Source: Basidiobolus meristosporus CBS 931.73
Taxonomy: Eukaryota; Fungi; Basidiobolomycota
Assembly: GCA_002104905.1 (NCBI GenBank)
Contig: MCFE01000796.1
Location: 1-35,388, forward strand
Reading direction: 5' to 3'
Length of the DNA: 35,388 nucleotides
Each line of letters starts with the position of its first letter. Position 1 is the first letter of the stretch. The notes beneath the pieces were generated by a model. That model was given only the letters and a program-made list of their open reading frames with translations, ran no database searches and had not been told where the DNA came from. The position numbers and the translations under genes were made by a program. This document shows positions 1 to 13,231 of the stretch, piece after piece.

Positions 1-2477
1 GGAATATATCAAAGTAAGATGAGCACTTCACACTTATTGAGCCACCAAGCTTATTCATTATAATATACTGCTCTCTCAGTCACTGTCATTAGCTCTGAGG
101 CTCCCAAGATCAAGCTGGCCAAGTACTTTCTAGTTTAGCAACTTAATGATCACTGAAATAGAGGGAAGAACAGCAAGGTCATTCTAATGACCTTATAGAA
201 GTAAATATGATGGTCTCACTTGTAAGATGCTTGCCATTCTAAAAATATTAAATGTGGTCTAAGAATTGTGTATCATGTATGTCAACTGCAAGGGCTTTTG
301 TGCAGCTTGCAAAACCCATGTACCCTTGCAACCTTGTATTGTGTGATGGAACATGTCTACATAGTCCACACCAACCTCCTTTACAAGAACACTGCAGCAC
401 AAGCTGGCATGCATGGTATAGTGGGTCCTAGTGTCACCCAGGACAGTTGTACTTACTTCCATATCTTCCACTTCTCTACTTCCACCCTTGTTTCAGCATT
501 ATCCCATAAGCTGACTTGCTAATGCACCTGCTTGTTCTATTGCTTAAGTGGTCCCTCACTGTATGAGTGATTACAAGATGTGGAGCCTTTCATATTAACC
601 AAGTACCCACACCAGTACCTGTGACACATGCCATACATCATGATGCAATCCCTACCATTTCCATTCCTTATATGATATATCTATGTTATACAGGTTCATG
701 AATACTGATCTCTGATTGGTTGGTGGTGCTGTGCCTTTTGGAACTTTCCAGCTACTATGTAAGCTCCCCATAGTTCATTAGGAGGTCATTGAGATTCTTA
801 TTGATATTTTGAACCCTCCAGAGCACCAGGATTATTGATTTATTAGTCAGCAGGAGAAGTATATAAGGGAGAAGCTCCCACAGTAATGCATCATCATCCC
901 TCTTTTCAGTATTCCAAGCTGTTGGTTAGTACAACCACTGCAACCTTCTTCTACCTGAGCTTCTAGTCCCAGAGAACAGGACACACCCAGGAAACACTGC
1001 TAACAGCCAACTGGCCTTAGAAGCACTACTTGAGAGGAAAGTACAGAGTAGGCATCTTTTATTATTGGTGCTTTCCCAAATTTGTGTTGTGCAGGTAAAA
1101 ATACTTCTCTGCTTTTGCAACTGTTGAAGAAAGCTGTATTCATGTAAAGTCCCTGCTCATGGAGTGTACAGTTGTTTAGGCTTTGGAAGCTTTAGCACAT
1201 TGCAATCTCAAAGGATGCTGAACTCAGCACCTTTTTAAATATGCCTACTAGCTAGGGATAGTGACTCAACAGTTTAGCCTTGACAAGCTTGAGGCTTTAC
1301 TCCCCTTCACACTGGGGTCAAGACACAATCCAGGTATTTCTGGCAAGCTTTTGCCAGTGGCTATTGCACTCAGTTAACACCCCACACAAAATACACTTGA
1401 AAAGTGCTGAACATATCTCTCCCTTGGACTTGTACAATATCATTGTAGTTCAGAACAACATTATCAGAACTTGCCAAACCACTCAAGTAGACAAGTTGGT
1501 GAGAGCAGGCCAAGTTGCCACCATATGCAATATTACATTTTTCTAAGCAGAGGGCTGTGTCTATGCCTCAGGTTGCACTAATTTTTGCCACAATAGCTGT
1601 TAACATGCAAGTTACCTCTGGTACTGATAAAAACACTTTGGAAGTAGCTCAGCTGTAGCCTTTGGCAGGTAAACAATGCATTAGCATGTGCATATCAAGT
1701 AAGGTACACAATCTCATCTGGTGCAGCTCAGCGCAGCCAAGCTAGTATATTGTACTCAGCAACTAGGATGCAAAATATGACTAGAAATACAAGAGTAGTC
1801 AGATTGATTGTTGGCAAGGGGATAGCTTAGGTGTGCAAAGTGAGTTGCTACCAAACTCTTCAGCAATGCTTCATGCATAAGATAGTCAGGAAATGATAAT
1901 ACAATGGCATTGAATTGCTCTGATCTGTCTTGATCCAAACAATGCAAAATCAACTCAGTGCTTCAATTTGTATGATTGCAAGCCTATAAGCACTAAATTC
2001 CTGATACAAATAATAATCAGGTAGTCTCAACTTGATAAAAAACCCTTATCAATAAACACTCTGCATATGTGCACATTCTCTGTAGCAGCATTGCAGTTAA
2101 TTACTCTCTTAACACTTGACCAATAGCCTACATGCTAGTTATGAGATATTGTCCAAGCTTTAAAAACCAGGATTTAAATGCATGTAGGGCATAATATATA
2201 CTTATTAGCATATCAGGAAGCTTATTGATTGGCTACCAGACCAATTAGGGGCTAAGAGTATCAGGACACTTCTGAGCTAATAAACCAGGAATATTCTATT
2301 CAATCACAAGGATGGTAACTATAGTAGTTTGGATCCATATATTCTAAGAAAAAAAAAGTCAAGAAATGGCCTGCAGAATCTCATCATATTACCTACTGAA
2401 TTCCAATTTCCCAAAAGTAACAACTCTCAATATGCTAGGTACTAGCTCCACAGCAGACAAGCAGAAATCCTTTCAAT

Positions 2478-2825
2478 TGCTGTAAAAACTTGTAATTCCA
2501 CCTAAATATTCACCTAACTTAGTCACTTAGATCATCACCTTCAAATCCTAGAGAATACTGACCAAATTCCTTGTTGGGATTTACTTGGAATATTTTCACC
2601 AAAATACCAGGTACCCAGAACATGAATTTCTCAAAATTGCCCAAACAGCCCCAAGCTTTGCACACATGTTCTTAGACCTTCCTTAACCTATCTTACATGC
2701 TTGTTACACCAAGACCATATAAAAGTGTAAATACTACTTTTACAATCAATAAATCATTAAGTGAAAACCACTTAATCTACTTGTCCTGCCAAGTCACTTT
2801 CAAAATCTCCAAGACTCTTACAACA
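2478..2825 (+). mobile_element. Solo LTR of the copia family at 18303-22985
   Basis: 348 bp, TGCTGTAA...TTACAACA, aligns end to end with the LTRs at 18303 and 22637; flanked by a 5-bp direct repeat TCAAT (2473-2477 and 2826-2830). Confidence 0.93.
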
Positions 2826-3539
2826 TCAATGAGGATACTAGACTGATTAGCATTTATACCACATTTGGTGATCAGCTGTGCATTACTTCCACCAAAATTG
2901 CAACTGTGAAAATCAAAGCAGACACACCAGCTGAATATGAGCAAAAATCATCAGAATATCAGCTGAAATCTGGTGAATTCTAAGTTCAAGATTTTTGATT
3001 AGGCATAGCTTATAGCAAGATACACATTTTTTTCCTTTGACATCATAGAAACAGATCCAAAAACCACATTATACCTACCATAGTAGCAATATCAAACTAA
3101 GCATGTGAGATAAATATTATGAGTTGGTGCAATCATCTGTGCCAACCTCATTGTGTCAAATAATAGCACAGAGTGCAAGATTATTGAAGAACAATCTTGT
3201 CCACTGGTAGCTATCATATCTTGCCTAATTGCTCTTGACAACTGCAGAATATGCCACATGCCCAGGCATTTTCCAATAGAATAAGTTTTATATCCTCCCT
3301 ATTTAAGGGGCTCAGAATGCCCCATCTAGCGGAGCTCAGCTAATACATTGGGATATAGTTCTCCATAACAAGAAGCACCCTGTGCATCACCTTATGATGG
3401 TCCTGATATATTCAAGATAAATTTAAGAAGTACAATGCAGAACACTGTACATTGGCAGTTACTTTTGTGGAGAAAATCCTTTGCTTAGTCAAATCATGAC
3501 CTAACTAAGAGGCCATAGTACCTTCTGAGAACCCAGAGA

Positions 3540-4860
3540 TTGTATACCATTTATGGTTGGCAATTTGATGTATAAAGCTCTAGGAACATGTCCAGATGTC
3601 TCATATTTGGCAGGAGTTGGCAGGAGCTGCTAGCAGGCATATTGAGAGCTCTGGGCTTGATTCAATAACTGTAGCTAAGCAGATTTTTAGATACTGACAA
3701 GGAAAGGCAAATACCTGCTTAAGGCACTTATAAGGACTTAAGCAGGAGCTTTTAGGATACTCTGATGCAAATTGTGTACCAGATTCAGAGGACTGATAAC
3801 CCATCAGAGAATGTCCCTTTCTTCACCAAGTCTGAAATTTAGAGCTCATCTGATAACCTGCAGGTCATTAGAAGGTGTTCTAATGGTATTTTGCTGGCAT
3901 TAAGCTGGTGTCCTTCCTTTATACTCTTGGTTGTATTTTTGGTGGAGGCATTAAGCAGCTGAGTTCCAAACTTGGTGCAAGTACTGGTTGGACTAGCCAC
4001 CATCAAAAAAGTATGTCTACTTGTCAGCACTATACCTTGCACTTAAAACGTTGAGACTTTAGGGTTTAGTGAAAATTGGGACTCAGGAAAAATGATGATA
4101 TTTTGCTGGGTGTTGCTGAATTTTTTCATAAGGTTTAATGGAGCAATCATTTTGAGTTTTAGAGAAGAATCAACTCTATTACTTTCCACTACAGAGATAA
4201 TGTATATGGCAGCCTGTGAGTCCACTGGCAAAGCAATGAGGGTAAGATAGCACATTCAAGGTCCAAGGTTTGTGTCAGAAATATTCTATAACTATTTATT
4301 AGTAAGATCTGAGATGTAAACTAACAAGCTGAAGGTCAGCATTTCAGTCTTGTGCTAAGCATGTAGATATTGGAGATCACCTCATACAGGGAGCCATGGA
4401 GAATAGGTTAAGTCACTTACTATGTACATATATTCAAATCACTATTAGGCAGAGTCAAATTTGAATATCTTGGACCACAGCTGGGACCAGTTAATAAAAG
4501 TGTTTGCCTGAGTGCAAACATCATAAGCTTTGTAATTAAATTGAATATTCCCCAGAATTAGTCACTTGGGTCATTGCTTACAAGGCTCAGATAATTGTAG
4601 CCAAATTCCTTGCCAGGATTCTCTGGGAATGTTTACACCAGAACATCAGACACCCACATCATGAGAAGTCTGAAAGACATCAAACAGCATCAAAACTTGC
4701 ACACAGATTTTTTGGATTTCCTTGGGATATTTTATGTGTATGTTCTGACATGAAGATGTTTAGGGATGAATATTACTTTTAGAAGGAATTTTTCATAAAA
4801 TGATATCCACATAATCTGCATGTTATCCCAATGACTTCAAATATCTCAAAAGCTGTTGAA
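3540..4860 (+). mobile_element. Degenerate copia 3' relic (RT C-terminus/RNase H plus diverged 3' LTR), interrupted by an unrelated ~330 bp segment
   Basis: 3540-3795 and 4130-4500 align with 21950-22620 (e.g. GGAACATGTCCAGAT, GATACTCTGATGC, ACTACAGAG...TATATGGCAGCCTGTGA); ~4520-4860 is a diverged LTR homolog. Boundaries approximate. Confidence 0.8.
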
Positions 4861-7644
4861 AAGCTGTACTGGTGAGAATCTAACTGACAGCAGAGTAGGC
4901 CAAAGCTTGCTAATTTGACTACAAAGGGCTATTATTATTGTTAGTGCAATACATTGCAACTAGCACTTGCTGCCTGCCTCATACAAAGCTAAAAGCAGCT
5001 CAGGCTGTAACAGTGAGCCTCTTTCATCCCACTGCCTGATTATGAGACCAAGTAGTGCCTAAGCATCCTTTAAAACATACTCTATTGCACCTTGAAGTGC
5101 CAAACTGGCACCTGGTTAACTATACATGCACATAGCTTACAATGTCAATAAGAAGTTTACTACATTGCCCACTTCATTATCAGTGGAGTGGCAGATTATG
5201 TACACTTGTCTGGGACTTAAGAGTTATATGTTTGCAATTATCAACCTTCCAAGAAGTGCTTTAAAGTGCTAAGATATACTGTAATAATCTGGATGATATT
5301 GGAGACAGTTGGGAGAGCAAGCAAATTGCATAGTTATCACTTTATGATTTACTCAATGCAAAGGTGTGTTTGTACTTTCACATGACCTAGGCAAAGCAAA
5401 TGTGTAGAGTATGTCCTGGTAGGTCCTGAGGGCTTGCATGCATTGTTTTGGGTTGTTTGGACAGCTTCCAGCCTCTTCAAGTTCTGGGCACCTGATATAT
5501 TGGTGAAAATAATGAAGACAAATGAAAACAAGGAATTTGGGTAGACTTCCATAAGGCTTGTAGACTATGATCTAATCAAATAAGTCCGGTGTATAGCTAG
5601 GCATATTTACCAAGCTTACATTAGAATAGACATATCATATTCACTTGCTTATTGAGCTCAGATGATCATATTTCTGGGACAATAATCTTGGGCTAATGAT
5701 AAGGAATATTTTGCAGCATTTTTATTGTTACCACAATACCAAGGAGTTCAAAAAGTTCTATGGAGATACCATAAGCAAGTGAGTAGGCTATGTGGTAAGC
5801 AATTGTTACTTTGTTGTGTATTTGATATGAGAGTGACACTGATACATTTAAAGGGCTAGGCAAAACAAGCATGAAATTATGCTAATAAAGGCCCCCAGAG
5901 CACGCACGTAGAGCTTAGCACTCTCGGGCAACCTGAAATGTATTGATGGTTCAGGTACATGCCACTGAAGTGAAGACATTTCCAGCAATCATGTCACAGA
6001 GTTTGGGTGCGAATAGTAAAGTTCAAAAGCTAGAATCTGGATGGAAAAGCCAATATAAGCATTGATACTTTTCATCAAACAGGTAACCCTGGAGCCAAGC
6101 AAATCAGCCGTTTTGCTTGGCCACCAAATTTAAACTAACAGGCGGTCAGAATGGGTAAGTTTGGTGGCAGAAGTGTGCACCATATTATCATAGCAGAGAA
6201 TTTTCACAACATCGGGGAGGAAAAATTGATGGCGATATATAGAGTGTAAGGTGTTTCCTGGCTGCGAATATGAAATCATGATCTACGTAAGAACGGTATC
6301 ATTCCGACGAGTATACTACGAGCGGCTGGCCAAGAACTCGTAGTTCAAGTCAATTTGCTTTTCTTTGATCCGTCACTCATTCTTGGAGTCGCCACGGTCC
6401 ATTGATATACCCGATTTTCATCAGGATCCTGTTAATTATGGTAGATTTAGGCCAGCTGTAAGGATCGGGGTGCCTCTTTATCTTAATATTGGATGTCTAC
6501 TCCCACTCCCTAAACATCAACTTTCAAGCCCCGAAAGCCATATACAATCTATCATAAATACCTATCTTAATTACTTGCATACACTTTGGTTCTATATTGG
6601 CCCAGCCGTTTGCTTACATATGGTGCAGATCATCTGGTGACATGGATGTTCAACACTCCAATGCCCCATCTAATCCCATCATTCTCTGAAATCTACGGAG
6701 GCTTTCGCTTCCACCATTGTAAGCAGCATCGGATGCCGAGGCGAATGGGCCAATTTCTTGGTCTAGAGTTCACCCCAATATCGGGCAACGGTGGCGTGTC
6801 ATCGGTAAGCTTGATATCCCGAGTCCGAAGATATTAAGCTATAGCTACCACCAACTTCACTTACCCACGTGCACAATAGCCCGTTTAGCCGCCAATCGTG
6901 ATGGGGAAGGAAAGGCTTTGCCAGTACTTTTCTAGCCAAAATCGACCATGAATATTCTCCATCTGAATCTCATCTGTATATGGTAAGCGGAAGTGTTGGA
7001 ATTGGACTCGATCACGTTCCACCAATGATTTATCTCGGATCAATATGTGCACACATATATCCACTTCGTGGAACATAGTTGGAAGCATAATATCCTGCGT
7101 AACTTATGGAGTATTGGAAGTGAGGAACGATCAAATCTCCTGCGAAACCATGGCGTGATTGGGCACCCAGAATCCGTTTTCTCTTCAAGCAAAAGGCTAC
7201 TTCACTCCGCACATATGCGAAGCAACTGAGTAAGAGCGACAGATATAGACCAGCCGTTTCCGTTCAGTAGTTTAGGTATGTTTTTGATGATCAATATCCC
7301 GCTCAATACCCCGTTTACCCGTTTGATAAGGTTCGAATGCTATGGTTAACTGACCTGAACGGGACGTCACGTGCCTTCGCGGCGATGATCGATGTAGATC
7401 CACCGGCGACTGAACCATGTTTTAACCCGGATAGCCTTCAGAAAGGATTGCCAAATCAAGTAGATTAATGTGGATGGAACAGATTCTCGAATGAATGTTG
7501 AAATCGCTAGGTCAAGGTATTCCCGATTGTGGGTCCCCGTTACCAGCAGCAGAATTGAACCGAGCAGTTGGACCTCGGTGCCGAGATCCCACCGAGGTGA
7601 TTTCCACTGGATTGATATTGGCGATTTTCACTCAGGCCCGTTCC

Positions 7645-7651
7645 TATAAAA
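7645..7651 (+). promoter_or_regulatory. Candidate TATA box of the MFS gene
   Basis: TATAAAA about 22 nt upstream of ATG 7673. Confidence 0.45.
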
Positions 7652-7672
7652 GCAGGTGAGCTGGAGCGACAA

Positions 7673-9568
7673 ATGTTATATTCAATGAGACAAGAACAGG
7701 CAAATACACTGGCTGAGAAGCAGTCAGGCTCTTCCGATCCTTTGCAGCTGGAGGATTTGGAGAAGAGCTCTCTCAAGCCAGCAATGGATGTAAAAGATGA
7801 CCCCGAGCTGTTGCCCTTTGGGAAAATGATCCTGGTATTCCTTGGCCTTGCATTGGCCATTCTTCTGGCCGGCCTCGATCAAACAATCGTGGCCACCGCT
7901 CTACCAAAGATCGCTTCGGATTTCGGAGCCATGAACGAGATATCGTGGGTAGCTACTGCCTACATGTTGACTGCCACAGCCTGCCAGCCTCTCTACGGAA
8001 AAGTGAGTTTTAGATTACGTATACTGAATAACAGATGACTGACCGGGTGAATTAGTTTTCCGATATTTTTGGCCGTAAAGTGGTGTTTCTCTTCGCCATT
8101 GTGATCTTCGAAGTTGGCAGCGCAATATGTGGCGCCTCACAGAACATGACCATGCTGATCGTGGCTAGAGCCATAGCTGGAATCGGCGGTGGTGGCAGTA
8201 AGCATTTCTTCCCTACGGAACTTCGGACACTTTTTAAATATGCTCTTTCCCAAGTCCAGGGTATGGTCTTCATCATCATCACCGAGATTGTCCCACTCCG
8301 CGAGCGTGGAAAGTACCAAGGGTTCATCGGGGCCACTGTAAGTTGACTGCGTTTGGAGAATGGAGTGTAATTACGTATCGTTCTAACGTTTGTCGTCCTT
8401 TCAGTATAGCATCGCTTCTGTCCTAGGTCCGTTGTTGGGAGGAATCTTCACTGATGATAGCACGTGGAGGTAGGTCTTGTTCAGTCATTTTGCCTTCCGA
8501 CGACTGCTGACCAACGTCAACCATGATAGGTGGTCTTTCTTCATCAACTTGCCATTTGGCGTACTCACGGTGGTCATTGTCTCTCTGTTCCTTCGTCTTC
8601 CCACACCAACGGGCTCTCTCAAGGAAAAAATCAAGAGAATCGATTTCCTCGGGACGGTGTTACTTTTGGGATTTATTATCACCCTGTTGCTACCAACTCA
8701 GTGGGGAGGAGGGGAATACTCCTGGAGTTCTCCCAGAATCATCGCTCTATATTGCGTTTCCGCAGTACTACTAATCGCATTCATCGTCGTGGAGTATCGG
8801 TTTGCGGCCGAGCCAATCGTCCCTTGTCGACTGTTTGCCATGCGTAACCCACTATTCACTTTCATCACCATGTTCTTCTTTGGCATGGCTTTCTTTGGAC
8901 TCGTGTACTACATTCCAATGTACTTCCAGGTCGTTCGTGGGGACTCCGCTACTAGCTCAGGTCTCGAAATGCTACCCATGATGCTCTCGACTTCGGCATT
9001 CAGTGTAATCTCCGGATTGATCGTCTCTAAGACTGGGGTGATCGTTATCTGGTGCTGGGTCGGCTCAGCAATCATGACAGTGGGGGTTGGGTTATTGACC
9101 GTCTGGAATGCAAACACAGGGCATGGCGAGCAAATTGGCTTCTTACTGATCTTGGGTATTGGGGCTGGTTGTTGCATTCAAACACTGATCTTTGCCGGAC
9201 AAGCAGCTGTCACTCACAAAGATATGGGAATAGTTACCACACTAGCAACCTTCTTCCGCTCAATCGGTGGAGTATTGGGAATCGCCATTTTCGGCTCAAT
9301 ATACAACAACAAGCTGACCACAGGATTGTCAGAATTAACCTTTGATATCCCTATCAAGGAGGCTCTCAACAGCTCCACTTTCATTAATACCCTACCGGCA
9401 CAGGAGCGACTCGTAGTGATGGATGTGTATGTTCACGTTTTGCGAACCATCTTTTTTATTGCGGTTGGCATGGCCGGATTAGCGTTTGTGTTCACTCTGG
9501 GAATCAAGTACGTCAAGATGCAAAGTTCAAGCAAGTCCAATGTAAATAGTAGTAAAGAGATCAAATAA
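7673..9568 (+). CDS. MFS multidrug/toxin efflux transporter, 14-TMS DHA2 (EmrB/QacA-like) family; exons 7673-8002, 8056-8197, 8255-8337, 8405-8469, 8530-9568 (552 aa)
   Basis: Motifs LDQTIVATALP, YGK|FSDIFGRK (motif A), ARAIAGIGGGG, GPLLGG, W|RWSFFINLP, FFRSIGGVLGIAIFG. Four GT-AG introns (53, 57, 67, 60 nt) join the pieces into 1659 nt without stops. Confidence 0.95.
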
Positions 9569-10066
9569 ATGCCTAATGAGTAGCTTTATTACACTATTCT
9601 TACCACTTGCTTCTGAGAATGTTCATTTATTGTTCTGATCATCTCGAGTAAACTAGCCAATGAGTGAGGATAACCTAACTTTCATTTTGCAGTTCTGGTT
9701 TATTGATTTGTTATATGTAGTCATGTTAATCGCAATTGTCAGCACATTGGGTGTATTGTACGCTCTATGCGGGAAACCTGCCAGGCATCGGGTCTGTGCT
9801 ACGGGCGTTACATATTGCACATATTGGGCGGGCCGCATCAGGATATATGGATATGCAGAGCCATCTTTGGGGAATGGTGTTTTTGTGAGCCTATACCACT
9901 TAAATCTAAGTTGTGGTTATAAGGGCTTTGGTATGATGTAATGGGCTACATGGTATAGCTGAGGCAAATTACTCATAAGCTGATATCTCTGTCTATTCTT
10001 TGACCGTTTAACTGCTACTTGCACTTTTGTTAGCCTATATACCAAGCAATGGTTTTCAAACTCAAA

Positions 10067-10240
10067 GGGGGGGGGAGGAAACAGTTGCCAACAGGTGAAT
10101 GCTCATTACAAGTGAAACATAGGAACCAGTGCTACTTTTGTAGCTTCTCAGAATGCAGAGCAGTCCAGAGTTGAAGTGCAGATTGCAAAGAAGAAATGAT
10201 TATTAACCTGTGCTGAATTCATTGTTCAGACTGTAAGTGA
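10067..10240 (-). mobile_element. Highly decayed 3' remnant of the telomeric RT element (subfamily B-like)
   Basis: Plus strand G9-AGGAAACAGTTGCCAACAGGTGAA...TGAAACATAGGAACCAGTGCTACTTTTGTAGCTT matches 33747-33821 (GGGGGGAGACAGTCACCAACAGGTGAA...TGAAACAAAGAAGCCAGCGCTACTGTTGTAGCTT). Minus-strand translation SLNNEFSTG**SFLLCNLHFNSGLLCIL aligns with PLNSVLSTEELSSLLINLPTNSPQLHTL. Confidence 0.75.
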
Positions 10241-13231
10241 GTTCTAAGCTGTCACTCTCAGAAGTGTCTATTACTGCCAATACTGAATCTTTTCCCTGTC
10301 CTGCAATGTTAGACAAGTCAATCTACAAGTCTAGAAGCTGAATATTAAATGGATGTTTCAGTAAAGAAGCCTCTGAGATATTGCCAAGGGAAATCAGCAT
10401 GCTCCATTTAGTGTATTAGTGGAGTGTCAGATATACTAGAAAAGGATCAAAGTATCTTTACTCTGTATGACTGAATGCTAAAGACCAACAGCTAGCTCTT
10501 CAATGTTCAAGAGCTAAAGTAACACTGATAGCCTGGAATTTAGTAGAGGGTACTTTTTTTACTCTTCTTACTATCAGTTCATGCACTATTTACCTAAGAC
10601 TTAGCATGTAAAGTAGCATTTCAATCTTGGAGTTAGTTGAGGTCTGGTAGTTATGAGAACCCCCTGGCATGTCCAAAGCACTCATACTCTGCACAGAGCC
10701 TACCAGGATCTTCCTTACAAGATTGCAATCACTAGCGTGACTAAAGATTAAAATTCAACCTAAATTTCATTGTGTATACCTGCCAGGATTGTGTGTGCAA
10801 GAAATACACCACATTACTGTTGTCTTGCAAAGTACTAAGATTGCAGAGCCTGTAAAAAGCTCAATTTGTGCAAGGGGAAAATCTATCATTGATTTTTCAA
10901 AGTTGGCTTATGATATTGAAGCACAATATGTTATTATAATTGGTTATCATGTGCTAAGAGATAAGTATGCATAGCACCTTGAAGCTCTACCGTGCTTCAG
11001 CTGTAGAATGGGAATAAGAAAGAGTAGTCATTAATGACATATCCATCAAATCTACCCACAATCAGCTTAAAATGCCTATTGTTGGATCAGTGCAACTAGT
11101 ATAAAGGCAACAGAGCTTACAAAATAAAGGTAAGACAGCTAGCTGAGTCCAAAGGATATTAAAGCTCCAAGCTATAATGAGCAGCCTGATACAGGTGTCT
11201 AAATAAGCTGGCCAGATGTCTTTGCTGCCCAATACAATTCCATTGGCCCTCAATTTGTATATAGTCTGACTACAATTGCCACAAGCTTGAAAGTCAACAT
11301 AGACATTGATTGGAGACCACTGAGTTTCCAAAGAGAGATTTCAAACTAGAGTGACCCTATCAACTGGATAAAGCTGATCCAGTTCTATTAGCCATACATG
11401 TTGTTGCTGGCAACCCAGACTTCCCCTATCTGTGTATGGCAGTGGATTATTAAAGGTACCTATTAGTGCTAGTTTAGAGTACAATAATAAGAAATTAGAA
11501 TATGCTCCTTTGAAATACCCTGATACAGATTAGGTACAAGATTTATATGACAAAAGAACAGTAGTGGATGCTCCTTTGAATAGAAAGATATTGTACTCAC
11601 ACAGCAAAGCACTGATGCTGCTACGTGTATATTTATTTGTGGATAATGGTACGCATACTAACATAGACCTGGTTAGGTGCTCCATGCAATTGATTTTAGC
11701 TCAGGTTACGCACATTGAACGGTCTTAGATTGGTAATGCCGTGATGGTTTTTCTTTCTATTCCCTTTGACGCAACTCAGTTGCACGGTGTAGATAAGCTT
11801 ATATTAGAAGAAATAAGTACCTGAACTAGAATCTATTGGAGCTATGTAATACACATATACACATTCAATAATGCACTTGAAAGGGCTCTAGAAGTAGCAT
11901 TAAACAAAATCTCTACTCAATTTTCTTACTCCATGTTTGTCCACCTACCAGCACATTGTTTGACATCTACTTTCCATCTACAAATAGAGGTAGCCGTAGC
12001 AAGTAACAAAGCCTCTAGGATTTGATTAAATGGCTTGTAAAGCAAAATCACCAACAGTAATTCTATGCAGCCATTCACTCACACTGATATTCGTTCGGAA
12101 GAGGTAATGGACCTTAGACTCAGTCCTCTGGTATATGGAACCTACATTATTTGCCATGAGGTCCAAGAATCTACTGTCCGCCACAGTTACCCAGAATATA
12201 CATTCTCTCCAATAGATTCATGGCTGAAAATTTGTACAATGAACGTTTTTATTGCTGAAAAGGCTTACAGCTGGCCTATCACAACCTTTGGAGCATCAAT
12301 TAGGATCCCTATTGGATGACTCAGTAGAAGCCAACTTCTGCGGTGGCTTGGTTACTTAATTCGGACAGTAACCATGATGAAATATGGGTGATAATCCATC
12401 TCAAGTAATGAACGTACTTCCTGTAAGCTGCCGTGCTAATTCTTGTGCTAAGGGACAGATAGTCCAAATCAATTTTCAAAGGCGATTCTAGAAGCCTAGA
12501 GCAAAATGCTGACACAAGGTAGGTAAAGATATTTTCTACACTGCCTCAATTTTCAAGGAGAGGCAAGGTACGGAGTCTGAGTCACGTAGAATTGAAGCCA
12601 CCGACCAAACATTTCCATCAATCGGTAATCAAAATGTCCGACGCGCAACATATGGTAACCAGTTACCAAATTGAGTGGTGATATGTGGGAGCGTATGCCA
12701 ATATTCAAGCCAAGCAAAAAATGAGAAGCGTCTAAATAGACACGCTTTACCACCTCAAGGAGATACTGACCACATGTGCATGCCGTATTTTTCATATCGT
12801 CTATAATGCACTCTGAGATCTATCTACAGAAATCCGGCTACTCGGGAGTGCTACAAAATATCAAACTCGAATCACATCTTGGGGCTGAGTAGTTGATCAA
12901 AAACCGAATCTGGAAACAGTGCCGCGATCTACACACGTCTCTTGGTGGTCATTGGTTGGTTCCGTATTTATTTGGGAACCAGAAAGTCAACCAAAATAAC
13001 CATCTTTGGCAATGATGGAAATAACAATCAGGGCTTCAATTGTCAATATCGGACAGAAGATGTGATCTAACCAGCACAGGCTAAAAAGTTGCCCATAGAG
13101 AAGTCTGATCGTGATTATTGGTGCAACACGTGAAACCTGAATTTATTGATGGTCGTTCGCAAAAACACTGTATATGCCTTACACATGGTTATATGAGCAA
13201 TACGAGGGTGCTGAACATGTCAGGTGCACAA

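Noticed and set aside
1000-2100. Possible hAT transposase relic (LAKACQKYL...TPV on the minus strand)
   Set aside because: One weak motif with stops; no TIRs or TSD identified. The region is CpG-depleted and probably repeat-derived, but unclassifiable by eye.
8477-8529. N-terminus of the 363-aa MFS ORF (MFSHFAFRR...)
   Set aside because: Lies in intron 4 (8470-8529, GTAGGT...GCTGAC...TAG).
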